A DNA stretch of 39,864 nucleotides from Thermoproteota archaeon (GTDB lineage Archaea > Korarchaeota > Korarchaeia > Korarchaeales > Korarchaeaceae). Under the pieces are notes generated by a model. It did not search any database. It was not told the origin of the DNA and saw only the letters and a program-made list of their open reading frames with translations. The translations under genes and the position numbers were made by a program. Location of the stretch: NCBI GenBank assembly GCA_027491735.1, contig JAOZGP010000018.1, positions 1-39,864 on the forward strand, written 5' to 3'. Shown here in pieces: positions 8,203 through 17,704 of this stretch (position 1 is the first letter of the stretch; every line of letters begins with the position of its first letter).

Positions 8203-11022
8203 TCAAACCTCGGTCAGCTTCTCCTTAACTGCGGCTCTGGCAGCCGCCAGCCTGGCGACGGGTATCCTGAACGGTGAGGCACTGACGTAGTCGAGCCCTG
8301 CCTTGTGGAGGAACTCTATCGATGCAGGATCTCCTCCATGCTCACCGCAGATTCCTATCTCTATATTCGGGTTCGCTGCCCTCCCTGCCCTGACACACAT
8401 CTCTATGAGCTTACCCACTCCCTCAACGTCCAGCGTCTGGAACGGGTTGTCCGGCAGAATCTTCTCCTCCAGATAGATCGGTATGAACTTGTTCTCTGCG
8501 TCATCCCTGCTGAAGCTGAAGGTGGCTTGGGTGAGGTCGTTGGTCCCAAAACTGAAGAACGCAGTTTCTTTGGCTATCTCGTCGGCCGTGAGACAGGCTC
8601 TGACGCACTCTATCATCGTGCCTATCAGAACCTTGTGCTCCCTACCATCTTTCATCTTAAAGATGTAAGCGGCTGTTCTGTCCTCCTCCATGAACTCTAT
8701 ACCGTGAACCCTAGCAACATCCTTTAACATGGGAAGTATGGCCTTCTCCTTTACGTATATGATCTCATTGACCTCGGAGACCTGGGGAATCATTATCTCC
8801 AGTTTGGGGTTCCTGCCCTCCTCCATCAGCTCGACGGCCGCCTCGACCATGGCCTTGGTCAGGTAGTAGTAGATCTCGGGATAGGTAACTCCCACCCTGA
8901 CGCCTCTGTGTCCCATCATCGGATTGGCTTCCTGCAACACCTTCACTCTTCCATACAAGCGCTCTAGCTTTCCTATCTCCTCTCTAGGGCCGTTTCTCAT
9001 CTTGAGATCAAATATCTGGTGAAGGATCTCCTCGGAGCTGGGCAAGAACTCATGAAGAGGGGGATCTATCAGCCTTATTATCACGGGCTTACCGTCCATA
9101 ATCTCGAGTATCTCCTTGAAATCGGGCTTTATCATCTCGGTCAGTTCCTCCAAGCGCTTTATCCTCTCCTCCCTCGTCTCAGCTAGTATCACATTCCTGA
9201 GGACTTCAAGCCTCTCAGGTTTCCTGAACATCCTTTCTATCCTCAGAAGCCCTATGCCCTCTGCTCCGAACTCAAGCGCCTTCCTGGTGTCCTCTGGCAG
9301 ATCAGCGTTGGCCCTGACCCCGAGCTTCCTGTATTTATCCGCCCAGTTCAACAGCTCCTTGAGCTCCGGAATGAGGCCTGGCGTCACCGTGGGAACCTCT
9401 CCAAGGTATACCTTCCCAGTGTTCCCGTCTATCGTGATGAAATCTCCTTCCCTGACCACAACATCTCTCACCTTGAGGTACCTCTCCTCCTCGTGCACTT
9501 CCACGGCCTCAGCTCCCACTACGGCGGGCTTGCCCATAGCTCTCGCTACCACAGCGGCGTGACTTGTCATCCCGCCTCTGCTGGTGAGCACGCCTACAGA
9601 AGCGTAGAATCCGTGTACATCATCTGGCTTGGTCTCCACCCTGACCAATATGATCTTCTCTCCTCCTCTTGCCTTCTCGACAGCATCATCTGGGTGGAAC
9701 ACAGTCTTCCCAGACACAGCTCCTGGAGAAGCTGGTAGACCCTCAGCGATGGGCTCAGCCTTCACCTTTGGATCTATCCTGGGATAAAGGAGCCTGAGAA
9801 CGTGTTCAGGAGAGACCTTGAGCAAGGCCTCTTTCTCACTGATTATCCCCTCCTTGGCCATGTCAACAGCTGTCTTGACCCTAGCGAGAGGGGTCATCTT
9901 GGCATTTCTCGTCTGAAGAAAGTAGAGCTTACCGTTCTCCACAGTGAACTCTATGTCCTGGACGTCCTTGTTTACCTCCTCCAGCTTCTTGGCGGCTCTG
10001 TATAACTCATCATACAGCTCAGGGAACCTCTTTCTGAACTCATCTATCGACATCGGGGTTCTTATACCAGCGACAACGTCTTCCCCCTGAGCATTAGGCA
10101 GAAACTCACCGTAGAGCTTGTTCTCACCATCAGCGGGGTTTCTGCTGAAGACGACTCCAGTACCACTGTCCCAACCCATGTTACCGAAAACCATTGTCAC
10201 AACGTTTACAGCAGTACAATCCGCTATGTCTGATGATATCTTGTTCATCATCCTATAGAAAATGGCTCTAGGGTTCATCCAGGATCTGAATACAGCTTTT
10301 ACGGCGAGCCTAAGTTGCTCCCATGGATCCTGAGGGAAAATTCCCCACTCCTTACTTATAACCTCCTTGAACCTATCCACCGCTTCCTTAAGACCTTCAA
10401 CTGGTATCTCTGGATCCTCCTTGGCGTTGTATCTTTTCTTTATCTCCTCCCAGATCTCAGTGAACATCTCCTCCTTTATTTCCAGCACGATCTTGCCGAA
10501 CATCTGGAGGAACCTTCGATAGGCATCATAAGCGAACCATTCGTTCCCAGTGAGATCTGCCAAGGTTTTGACAGCCTCATCGTTTAGGCCTAGATTGAGC
10601 ACAGTGTCCATCATTCCTGGCATGGACACAGCAGCACCGCTCCTTACAGACACGAGGAGGAGGGTTCCATCCTCTCCTCCAAACTTCTTCCCTGATCTCT
10701 CCTCAAGCCTGTGCATCTGCTCGACTATCTGCTCCCACAATCCCTCTGGGAGATCAAGACCATCTATCGCATTCCATATTCTCTTCATGATCTCATCACG
10801 AACTTCAGGAGGGGGGTTCTTCTCAAACTCGAAAACCAAGCTATCGATCTCCTTCTTTCTACATAGATAGAAATCCCTGCACGCCTCCGTGGTTATGACG
10901 AAACCAGGCGGAACGTTGAGGCCTAGTTTACTCATAAGTATTAGACTGGATCCTTTGCCGCCAAACAGCTTTTTATTTCTCCAATCAGCCTCATCAAACA
11001 TATACACGTACTTCTTGGTCAT
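8203..11022 (-). CDS. ppdK: Pyruvate, phosphate dikinase
   Basis: GGKG, LLVSVRSGAAVSMPGMMDTVLNLGLN, NAQGEDVVAGIRTP, GGMTSHAAVVAR (phospho-His), FSFGTNDLTQ, GICGEHGG. Confidence 0.97.
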   Translation of the reverse strand: MTKKYVYMFDEADWRNKKLFGGKGSSLILMSKLGLNVPPGFVITTEACRDFYLCRKKEIDSLVFEFEKNPPPEVRDEIMKRIWNAIDGLDLPEGLWEQIVEQMHRLEERSGKKFGGEDGTLLLVSVRSGAAVSMPGMMDTVLNLGLNDEAVKTLADLTGNEWFAYDAYRRFLQMFGKIVLEIKEEMFTEIWEEIKKRYNAKEDPEIPVEGLKEAVDRFKEVISKEWGIFPQDPWEQLRLAVKAVFRSWMNPRAIFYRMMNKISSDIADCTAVNVVTMVFGNMGWDSGTGVVFSRNPADGENKLYGEFLPNAQGEDVVAGIRTPMSIDEFRKRFPELYDELYRAAKKLEEVNKDVQDIEFTVENGKLYFLQTRNAKMTPLARVKTAVDMAKEGIISEKEALLKVSPEHVLRLLYPRIDPKVKAEPIAEGLPASPGAVSGKTVFHPDDAVEKARGGEKIILVRVETKPDDVHGFYASVGVLTSRGGMTSHAAVVARAMGKPAVVGAEAVEVHEEERYLKVRDVVVREGDFITIDGNTGKVYLGEVPTVTPGLIPELKELLNWADKYRKLGVRANADLPEDTRKALEFGAEGIGLLRIERMFRKPERLEVLRNVILAETREERIKRLEELTEMIKPDFKEILEIMDGKPVIIRLIDPPLHEFLPSSEEILHQIFDLKMRNGPREEIGKLERLYGRVKVLQEANPMMGHRGVRVGVTYPEIYYYLTKAMVEAAVELMEEGRNPKLEIMIPQVSEVNEIIYVKEKAILPMLKDVARVHGIEFMEEDRTAAYIFKMKDGREHKVLIGTMIECVRACLTADEIAKETAFFSFGTNDLTQATFSFSRDDAENKFIPIYLEEKILPDNPFQTLDVEGVGKLIEMCVRAGRAANPNIEIGICGEHGGDPASIEFLHKAGLDYVSASPFRIPVARLAAARAAVKEKLTEV

Positions 11023-11120
11023 GAGACCGCCTCTCCTAGAGCTGGCAATGGATAAATTTATTCTTAACCTGACTGAAGGTTCTTTAACACTGCGAAGTAG
11101 ACAAGCAGCGGTCGGTGACT

Positions 11121-11345
11121 ATGAGGCTGAAGGTCCTCATCCATCCCAATAGCAGAATGGAGAGGGTGGAGAGACATGAGGGATATATGGAGGTCTGGAT
11201 CAGGGAGCCAGCTAGGAGAGGAAAAGCCAACAAACGCCTGGTGGAGGTTGTGGCCGAACACTTCGGGATCAGGAGGTCCAAGGTGAGGATAGTGGAGGGG
11301 TTCACCTCGAGGGAGAAGGTGCTGGAGATCGATCTAAAGAAGTGA
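11121..11345 (+). CDS. DUF167 (UPF0235) family protein
   Basis: VWIREPARRGKANKRLVEVVAEHFGI...VRIVEGFTSREK pattern. Confidence 0.85.
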   Translation: MRLKVLIHPNSRMERVERHEGYMEVWIREPARRGKANKRLVEVVAEHFGIRRSKVRIVEGFTSREKVLEIDLKK

Positions 11346-12559
11346 TCTCGATGCACTTCGGGTTCAGCTATATCACTGAACTGTTCCCTGTATATCTCGC
11401 TGTCTTCTCAATGAGACTGAGCTTTGGGCTTGTGGTCTTCACGCTTCCACTCTATCTCGGAAATCATTATCTTTCCATAGGCCTCGTGGCCTCCTCATAT
11501 CCCCTGCTGGAGCTTCTGTCGATATTTCCTTTAGGCATACTATCGGATAAATACGGAAGAAAAACGGTCCTGGTGATGGGTCTTCTGCTGTCGGCGTTGG
11601 ATCTTCCCTTGTTCTCCCTCACCAGAAGTGTGGTGTTGCTAGCTGGAATACATGCCATTCAAGGATTGGCAGCTGCCGCGGTCATGGCGAGCTCGTTGGC
11701 CGCCATATCCGATAAAGCAGAGAAGAGCCACAGAGGAAGAGAGATGGGGGTCTTCGACTTCTCTAACATGGCCGGCTACATGCTCGGCTTTCCTCTCTCA
11801 GGCCTACTGGTGGATCTTACCAGGGAGCTGAGGATCTGCTTTTTCATTGCCTCCCTGATAGCAGCGATCGGACTGATCTTTGCCATTAGGGTCCTTCCAT
11901 CGGAGAGGCCACCTTTTCCCGAGATAAACGTCGTGGAGAGGATCATTCTCACGATGAGGAACATAAAGATAAGCAGAGAGGCTCCTTTATTGGCGATCCT
12001 GTGGTTTATCGTCATGATGTACGTAAGCTTCGTCCTCTCATTTGGATCCTCTCTCTGGAGGGAGATATCCAGAGGCTCAGGACTAGGCTTCACGGAATTC
12101 GGTCTTGGATTTGGCCTCATCATATCGATCTTAGCGGTTACTCAACCAACTCTGGGAGCCATATCAGACAGAATAGGAAGGGATAAATCACTGCTGATAA
12201 GCAGCTCATCCATAACGGCCCTACTCGTTGTGTTCGTCTTACTGCTTCAGGGATCTCTCGATCTCCTGATGGCAACACCTTTGGTGGCGTTCTTCGGTAT
12301 CGGAGCCCTCATGTTCTCTCCAGCTGGTTTGGCTGCCCTGGCGGACGCCTCCATGGAGGAGGTGAGAGGATCCTTCATGGGTTTCTACAGCTTCACAATG
12401 AACCTGGGCAACCTTACAGGTCCTGTGGTCGGAGGAATTTTTCTGAGCTGCTTCGGGATGAGGGAAGGGATAACAGCAATGCTGATCTTGGGGGTTCTCC
12501 TGACGGGAGGATGCTCCTTATCCCTAGCAAAAAAAACCTTCAGAGGAGGTTCTCCTTAA
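11342..12559 (+). CDS. MFS transporter
   Basis: About 12 hydrophobic segments; motif A twice (GILSDKYGRK, GAISDRIGRD). Confidence 0.9.
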   Translation: MISMHFGFSYITELFPVYLAVFSMRLSFGLVVFTLPLYLGNHYLSIGLVASSYPLLELLSIFPLGILSDKYGRKTVLVMGLLLSALDLPLFSLTRSVVLLAGIHAIQGLAAAAVMASSLAAISDKAEKSHRGREMGVFDFSNMAGYMLGFPLSGLLVDLTRELRICFFIASLIAAIGLIFAIRVLPSERPPFPEINVVERIILTMRNIKISREAPLLAILWFIVMMYVSFVLSFGSSLWREISRGSGLGFTEFGLGFGLIISILAVTQPTLGAISDRIGRDKSLLISSSSITALLVVFVLLLQGSLDLLMATPLVAFFGIGALMFSPAGLAALADASMEEVRGSFMGFYSFTMNLGNLTGPVVGGIFLSCFGMREGITAMLILGVLLTGGCSLSLAKKTFRGGSP

Positions 12560-12845
12560 GAGCCTTTCTGGCAAGCTTCAGAGCCTTCCTACCCTTGTCA
12601 GTAAGTTTATAGACTTTTCTTCTCTTCTCCCATGATCCCTCTATCATTCCAAGTCTTAAGAGGCCGTAGATCACTGCATATACCGTGGTAGCTCCCATCT
12701 TAGCTCTGGACATCTCGAGTATCCTCTTCCTTATTCCATATCCATGCATTGGTTCTTTATCTATTATAGCTAACACAAGGAATGGCAGGAGATCCTTCCA
12801 GACGAGATCCTCGGGCTTCTCAGATTCCCTCTTGGGCCTCGCCAT
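12540..12845 (-). CDS. PadR-family transcriptional regulator
   Basis: EPMHGYGI...TVYAVIYGLLRLGMI...RRKVYKLTDKGR. Confidence 0.88.
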   Translation of the reverse strand: MARPKRESEKPEDLVWKDLLPFLVLAIIDKEPMHGYGIRKRILEMSRAKMGATTVYAVIYGLLRLGMIEGSWEKRRKVYKLTDKGRKALKLARKALKENLL

Positions 12846-12956
12846 CTCTGATTCACTATTACATAAAATCTCTACTCCTATATTTAAACTTTATTTAACG
12901 ACAAATTCATTGCGAAAAGCCGGTTATCTGCTTGGAATCTCTGGTTCAGATCTGGC

Positions 12957-13367
12957 TCACAGGGATCTAAACCTGAACAGCTTGAGAACCTTCACCCCTC
13001 TGAGTCTAGATATCCTCTTAGCGAGTTCCTCTATGGCTCCGGGATCGCCCTTGACTACAGTAACTTCTAAGCAGGTCCTCTCATCTACATGCACGTGCAG
13101 GGTAGAGATAACCTCCCCTATGTATTCGTGCTCCACTTCCAGAAGCCTCTCGGCAGTTTCAGCGATCTCATGGTCGTACAGAAATACGATCACTCCGAAG
13201 GGGGCGCCCTCTCCCTCCTCCCACTCATACTCCGTCATCAGGATTCTTATAGCCTCACCGATGGCCTGAGATCTGCTGGAGAAACCCCTCCTCCTCACAA
13301 ACTCATCAAACCTATCCATGAGATCCTTAGGAAGAGATATACCCGCTCTGACAACCTTCTCGGACAT
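12957..13367 (-). CDS. nikR: Nickel-responsive regulator NikR
   Basis: RHH N-terminus (RAGISLP...SRSQAIGEAIR); Ni ligands EHEY...LHVHVDERTCLEV. Confidence 0.9.
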   Translation of the reverse strand: MSEKVVRAGISLPKDLMDRFDEFVRRRGFSSRSQAIGEAIRILMTEYEWEEGEGAPFGVIVFLYDHEIAETAERLLEVEHEYIGEVISTLHVHVDERTCLEVTVVKGDPGAIEELAKRISRLRGVKVLKLFRFRSL

Positions 13368-13382
13368 GTCCAACACCGAAAT

Positions 13383-13784
13383 TCAATCCAAAACATTACT
13401 CGAGGGCTCGACTCTCAGCTCGTCGGCCAGCCTTATCACTGATGCCAGAGATAACTTCATGTCGTCCTCACTCAGGTGTTCTCCCTTCACGTTGGATACT
13501 ATGATCACCCTGCCGTGCTCGTCCGAGGCATAGTGTGCGAAGTTGTAGTCCCAATTCTTCATCAGAAGCCATCCTTCTCTACCCTCCACCGAGACGGGGA
13601 GATTGGAGAAGACCACGACCAGGTTATCGGAGGAGACTATGTCTATCTGTAGGCTGTCCCACCTATCCGTCTTCCATACTGTGGTGAAGAGCGTAGCGTC
13701 CCTGAGCTTCTTCTTCTCGAACCTCACACCTATAGCGTTTAGTATATTCTCCACCCTAGACCCGAGGTCCTCAGATTCACTCAT
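13383..13784 (-). CDS. YbjN/type-III-chaperone-like fold hypothetical protein
   Basis: About 130 aa with WLLMKNWDYNFAHYASDEHGRV (LLxxN...F pattern); 15 nt from the nikR start. Confidence 0.55.
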   Translation of the reverse strand: MSESEDLGSRVENILNAIGVRFEKKKLRDATLFTTVWKTDRWDSLQIDIVSSDNLVVVFSNLPVSVEGREGWLLMKNWDYNFAHYASDEHGRVIIVSNVKGEHLSEDDMKLSLASVIRLADELRVEPSSNVLD

Positions 13785-13840
13785 GAGACACACTGGGAAA
13801 GTTATTATTCCGATCAAAATAAAAAGGTAGGGGTGATTTC

Positions 13841-14641
13841 TTGACGAACCCTTCAGATCTGGCTCACAGGGTATCGACGCTGACAGCTGTGTTCCTAGCT
13901 ATGTTAACACTTGTACTCGGCTTAGCAGGATCAGCTGGCGTGATCCAGATAGGGGAGGACTCCCTGATCATGATACTGCTGGGAGCAGCGACTCTAACGG
14001 CGCTCATCCTCTATCTCAGGGATTTCGACTGGGGTGCTTGGATCGGAGCTATCTGCTTGTTGGCGAATGCTTACTATCTTGCTTGGCCATCCGAAAACTT
14101 CCTGAACGGATTACCATTTCTCATGAATTCACATAGATATCTGTCTGTGCTTTACGGGCTGGTGAGCCTGGCGTTCATAGGGACATCCTCGGGGCAGCTG
14201 CCCTCGATGGCTCCGGCCTCAGCGAGTTCGATGAAGACGAGACCGCAGTCAGCTCTAAGAGAGGTCACGGAGGAGATGGACGAGAGCATGTTCAAATACT
14301 CTTTGGAGCTTCCAGATGGGAGGAGGCTCGGGGTTATGGACGACTACAGGGTGTTCGGGAGGAAGGACTTCGAGAACCTCGTTCCGAGGAGGAAGCTGAA
14401 GTACATATCCTTGAGACACTTCCTCATACGGAGGGTCAGGGGGAGCTACATGCTAAAGGATCTCCACAGCACCCACGGCATCGTTGTAGACGGACACGAG
14501 CTCCTTCCAGGTGAGGAGGTTCCTCTCAGGTATGGAAGCACTATAGACGTGGCAGGGGTTTTGGAGCTGATCTTCTATCCAAAAAGGGAGGAGAGGAGGA
14601 TTACCTCCTCCTCACGAGGAGGACGACCATCGCCACGATGA
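13841..14641 (+). CDS. Membrane protein with C-terminal FHA domain
   Basis: About 4 N-terminal TM helices; FGRKDF, ISLRHF, LKDLHSTHG; SD GGGGTGA before TTG. Confidence 0.8.
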   Translation: MTNPSDLAHRVSTLTAVFLAMLTLVLGLAGSAGVIQIGEDSLIMILLGAATLTALILYLRDFDWGAWIGAICLLANAYYLAWPSENFLNGLPFLMNSHRYLSVLYGLVSLAFIGTSSGQLPSMAPASASSMKTRPQSALREVTEEMDESMFKYSLELPDGRRLGVMDDYRVFGRKDFENLVPRRKLKYISLRHFLIRRVRGSYMLKDLHSTHGIVVDGHELLPGEEVPLRYGSTIDVAGVLELIFYPKREERRITSSSRGGRPSPR

Positions 14642-16544
14642 GCACCAGAGCAGCAGCGGCGATGATAATCTCGGAGGTTAATAGCGAGCTGACAGTTGTC
14701 TTGCTCACGACTTGGCCTGAGGTGGATGTGCCAGCAGAAGTCTTCTCAGTTAGGTTGAATACCCTGGTCACATGGTTGCCGGCCAGATCCGTGGCCTTAA
14801 CCTTCAGCTGTGTCCTGTCCGAGTAGGGTATCCAGACGATGTAACTTACGGTTCCGTTGTTCGATGGCTGAAGATCCACTAGAGGAGGCCTTCTCCAGGA
14901 TCCGGAGGAGTTGTACTCCACCTCCATCGGACCCGGTCCCCATCCGGAGTCGCTCTCCTTCAGATAGATCAACAGCCATGAGCCTCTCCCTGTGTGGTTC
15001 ACCACCTCAACTGACGGAGGAGATAGGTCCTTGAAGGAGTACATCACGATGCTGATGATGGACTTGGCCGGAAGCTCAACTCCCTCGAACACCACGAACT
15101 TGTACTTATCACCTACAATCACCTTGAACCTGGGCTCAGTCGTCCCGGAGAACTTGAGCTTCATCTTGCCGATGTTCGCGTTCTTTGGAAACCTGAACAC
15201 AACCCTCACGTCCTTGAACTTCTGCTTCAGCTCGTTCATAGCGAAGAAAGACACATCTCTGTGCTTACCATCGTTGTTCACGTAATAATACTTTAGAAGT
15301 CCTATCTGATAGGGCTCGACGTCCTCTCCGGAATCAAGGGGTATGGAGTTCGGATATTTGGCAAATCCAGTGTCGTCGTAGTAGGTGGTACTCAGATTGA
15401 TCGTGCCGTTGGAGTAAATGCTCAAAACCTTGTATCCCCTTATGTCGTGCTTTCTTATATCGTAAGCTATGGCCGCGGGCGATATGAAGTAGTGTCTATG
15501 TCCCTCAGAGTCCACAACCACGACGTTCAGGTCGGTGTGTATGTGCTCAGATGTTATCAACCTCACGTCGTGCTTGAGCACCAGATCGAACAGGTACTTG
15601 GCCTCTCTCGGGTGCTCCGCCCAGCTCGGATATATGTATCCGTTGCTCAGGAACTTGTTGAAGTCATCGGTAGAGTTCACGGTGAAGTTGTAAATCCCGA
15701 GCTCCTTGAGCCTCGGATTGAACAGCGGGTGATGGAAGGCTACGATCTTAAAACATCCCTCATTCTTGGACATGACCTCATCGGCCCAGTGAAGGTATTT
15801 CATCCTGACCCATCCATCCTTGTCGCTCGGGAGAACCACAATCAGAAAGTCTCCTATTCTGACCGAGTAGTTCAGCGGTCCAACTATGCTCTGATATATG
15901 CCCGCCTCTCCGGTGCTCTCGTACTCGTGATTGCCGACAACAACGTAGGTAGGGACTCTCAGCATCATGAATGAGCCCAGAAAGTACTGCCAAGCGGACT
16001 TTATCACCGGTGTCTCCACCAGATCTCCCAGGAAGATTGCCACGTCAGGGTTGATGAGGTTTGCCTCGCGCACAGCCTCGTAGAGGTAGGGAGCACCTGT
16101 GGGAGTCTTCACGTCACCGAAGAGGAGGAATCTGAGGTGGGTTGGCCAGCTCCTCAGAACCCACACGGAGTTGGGCTCCACTACACTTCCTGAGGGTGTC
16201 TCAAGCGTCAAGTTGTACAGACCCGGGAGGACTTCCTTTGGAAGGCTGAAGGAATAGTTGACCAGCTTTCCCTGCTTCTCAGATTTCACTAAGGACAGAT
16301 CATAGCTTCTGAACTGACCCACAATCTTGGCAGACTTGACCCCCAGGGAGCTCACCACAAGGCAGCTGATCCTCCCTCCGATAAGCACCGGCTCAGGCAC
16401 CGAGAATAGCGGATATTTCACCTTATCAGCATAGAAGACCACATGAGCTTTTGGGAGAGCTGCGACGGACATGGGGGGAAGTGCTAGGAAGACAAGGAGC
16501 GCTGCCCAGAGCAATCTCACGCGCATGCAGTCACCAAGACTCAT
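14601..16544 (-). CDS. Secreted, membrane-anchored calcineurin-like metallophosphoesterase
   Basis: Signal peptide; GDVK, GDLV, GNHE, FHHP, EHIH; S/T-rich linker, TM helix and RRR tail. Confidence 0.85.
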   Translation of the reverse strand: MSLGDCMRVRLLWAALLVFLALPPMSVAALPKAHVVFYADKVKYPLFSVPEPVLIGGRISCLVVSSLGVKSAKIVGQFRSYDLSLVKSEKQGKLVNYSFSLPKEVLPGLYNLTLETPSGSVVEPNSVWVLRSWPTHLRFLLFGDVKTPTGAPYLYEAVREANLINPDVAIFLGDLVETPVIKSAWQYFLGSFMMLRVPTYVVVGNHEYESTGEAGIYQSIVGPLNYSVRIGDFLIVVLPSDKDGWVRMKYLHWADEVMSKNEGCFKIVAFHHPLFNPRLKELGIYNFTVNSTDDFNKFLSNGYIYPSWAEHPREAKYLFDLVLKHDVRLITSEHIHTDLNVVVVDSEGHRHYFISPAAIAYDIRKHDIRGYKVLSIYSNGTINLSTTYYDDTGFAKYPNSIPLDSGEDVEPYQIGLLKYYYVNNDGKHRDVSFFAMNELKQKFKDVRVVFRFPKNANIGKMKLKFSGTTEPRFKVIVGDKYKFVVFEGVELPAKSIISIVMYSFKDLSPPSVEVVNHTGRGSWLLIYLKESDSGWGPGPMEVEYNSSGSWRRPPLVDLQPSNNGTVSYIVWIPYSDRTQLKVKATDLAGNHVTRVFNLTEKTSAGTSTSGQVVSKTTVSSLLTSEIIIAAAALVLIVAMVVLLVRRR

Positions 16545-16617
16545 GGGGTCAGGGAAAAATTAAAGTCTGAAAATTGAAAAGTATAAACTAGGTGAGAGAA
16601 CGACGTCGAGAGGCAGA

Positions 16618-17703
16618 TCATAGTTCCTTGGAATAAGCCATCGCCTCCTCCTCTGGATGGAGAATCAAGACGTCCTCAGAACTTGCATACAGCTTGATCT
16701 CGGATCCAGTCTCAGCTCTGAAGTTGGAGCTCACGTTAGCAGTGATGACTCTTCCGTCGCTTATCTTGAGGAGTATTTGGGTGTATGATCCTGCGAAGGA
16801 TATCCACTCAACAGTCCCCCGGAAGAGGTTCTCTCCCTCCCGCACCGAGAAGGACTCAGGTCTTATTATGCAGAACGCCTTGTCCCCTTCGTTTAGGGGC
16901 TTCCCTGTCAGAACTCCCCTCAGCTTAAGGCCGTTCACGACCACATCCACCAGGTCGTTATGTCTCCCAATGACTTTTCCTTTGAGGATGTTGCATCTTC
17001 CCAGAAAGGTGGCCACAAACAGGTTTTTTGGCCTTCTATAGACCTCAGACGGAGTTCCCACCTGCATTATTCTTCCGGCGTTCATCACGGCTAGTCGATC
17101 CGACATGACCATGGCTTCCTCTTGATCGTGGGTCACGTAGATTGTGGTCAGCTCCAGCTCCTTCTGTATCCTCTTGATCTCAGTCCTCATCTCTATCCTA
17201 AGTCTTGCATCTAGGTTGGAGAGCGGCTCGTCCAGAAGAAGTATCCTCGGCTCTATAACCAAGGCTCTAGCAAGGGCCACCCTCTGCTGCTGACCTCCTG
17301 ACAGCTGTGTGGGGTATCTATTCTCCATTCCCACGAGCTTTACGAGCTCCAGTATCTTTCTGACCCTCCTCTTCACCTCATCTCCTGGGAGCTTCATAAC
17401 CCTGAGTCCATAGGCTATGTTGTCGAACACAGACATGTGAGGCCAGAGAGCGTAGTTCTGAAAGACCATGCCCGTTCCTCTCTTGTAGGGAGGAAGTTCA
17501 GTCACGTCCAGATCATCAAAGTAGATCTTCCCCTCATCTGGATGCTCTAATCCAGCTATTATCCTGAGAAGGGTTGTTTTTCCGCATCCACTCGGACCCA
17601 GAACTGTGAAGAACTCTCCATGATTTATGTCCAAGGAGACACCGCTCACAGCGGTTACCTCCCCAAATCTCTTGACCACGTTCTCCAACCTGACCCTCAC
17701 CAT
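16618..17703 (-). CDS. ABC transporter ATP-binding subunit (FbpC/AfuC/PotA type, with TOBE domain)
   Basis: GPSGCGKTT, LSGGQQQRVALARAL, LLLDEP, YVTHDQEEA. Start likely ATG 17703. Confidence 0.93.
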   Translation of the reverse strand: MVRVRLENVVKRFGEVTAVSGVSLDINHGEFFTVLGPSGCGKTTLLRIIAGLEHPDEGKIYFDDLDVTELPPYKRGTGMVFQNYALWPHMSVFDNIAYGLRVMKLPGDEVKRRVRKILELVKLVGMENRYPTQLSGGQQQRVALARALVIEPRILLLDEPLSNLDARLRIEMRTEIKRIQKELELTTIYVTHDQEEAMVMSDRLAVMNAGRIMQVGTPSEVYRRPKNLFVATFLGRCNILKGKVIGRHNDLVDVVVNGLKLRGVLTGKPLNEGDKAFCIIRPESFSVREGENLFRGTVEWISFAGSYTQILLKISDGRVITANVSSNFRAETGSEIKLYASSEDVLILHPEEEAMAYSKEL

Positions 17704-17704
17704 C

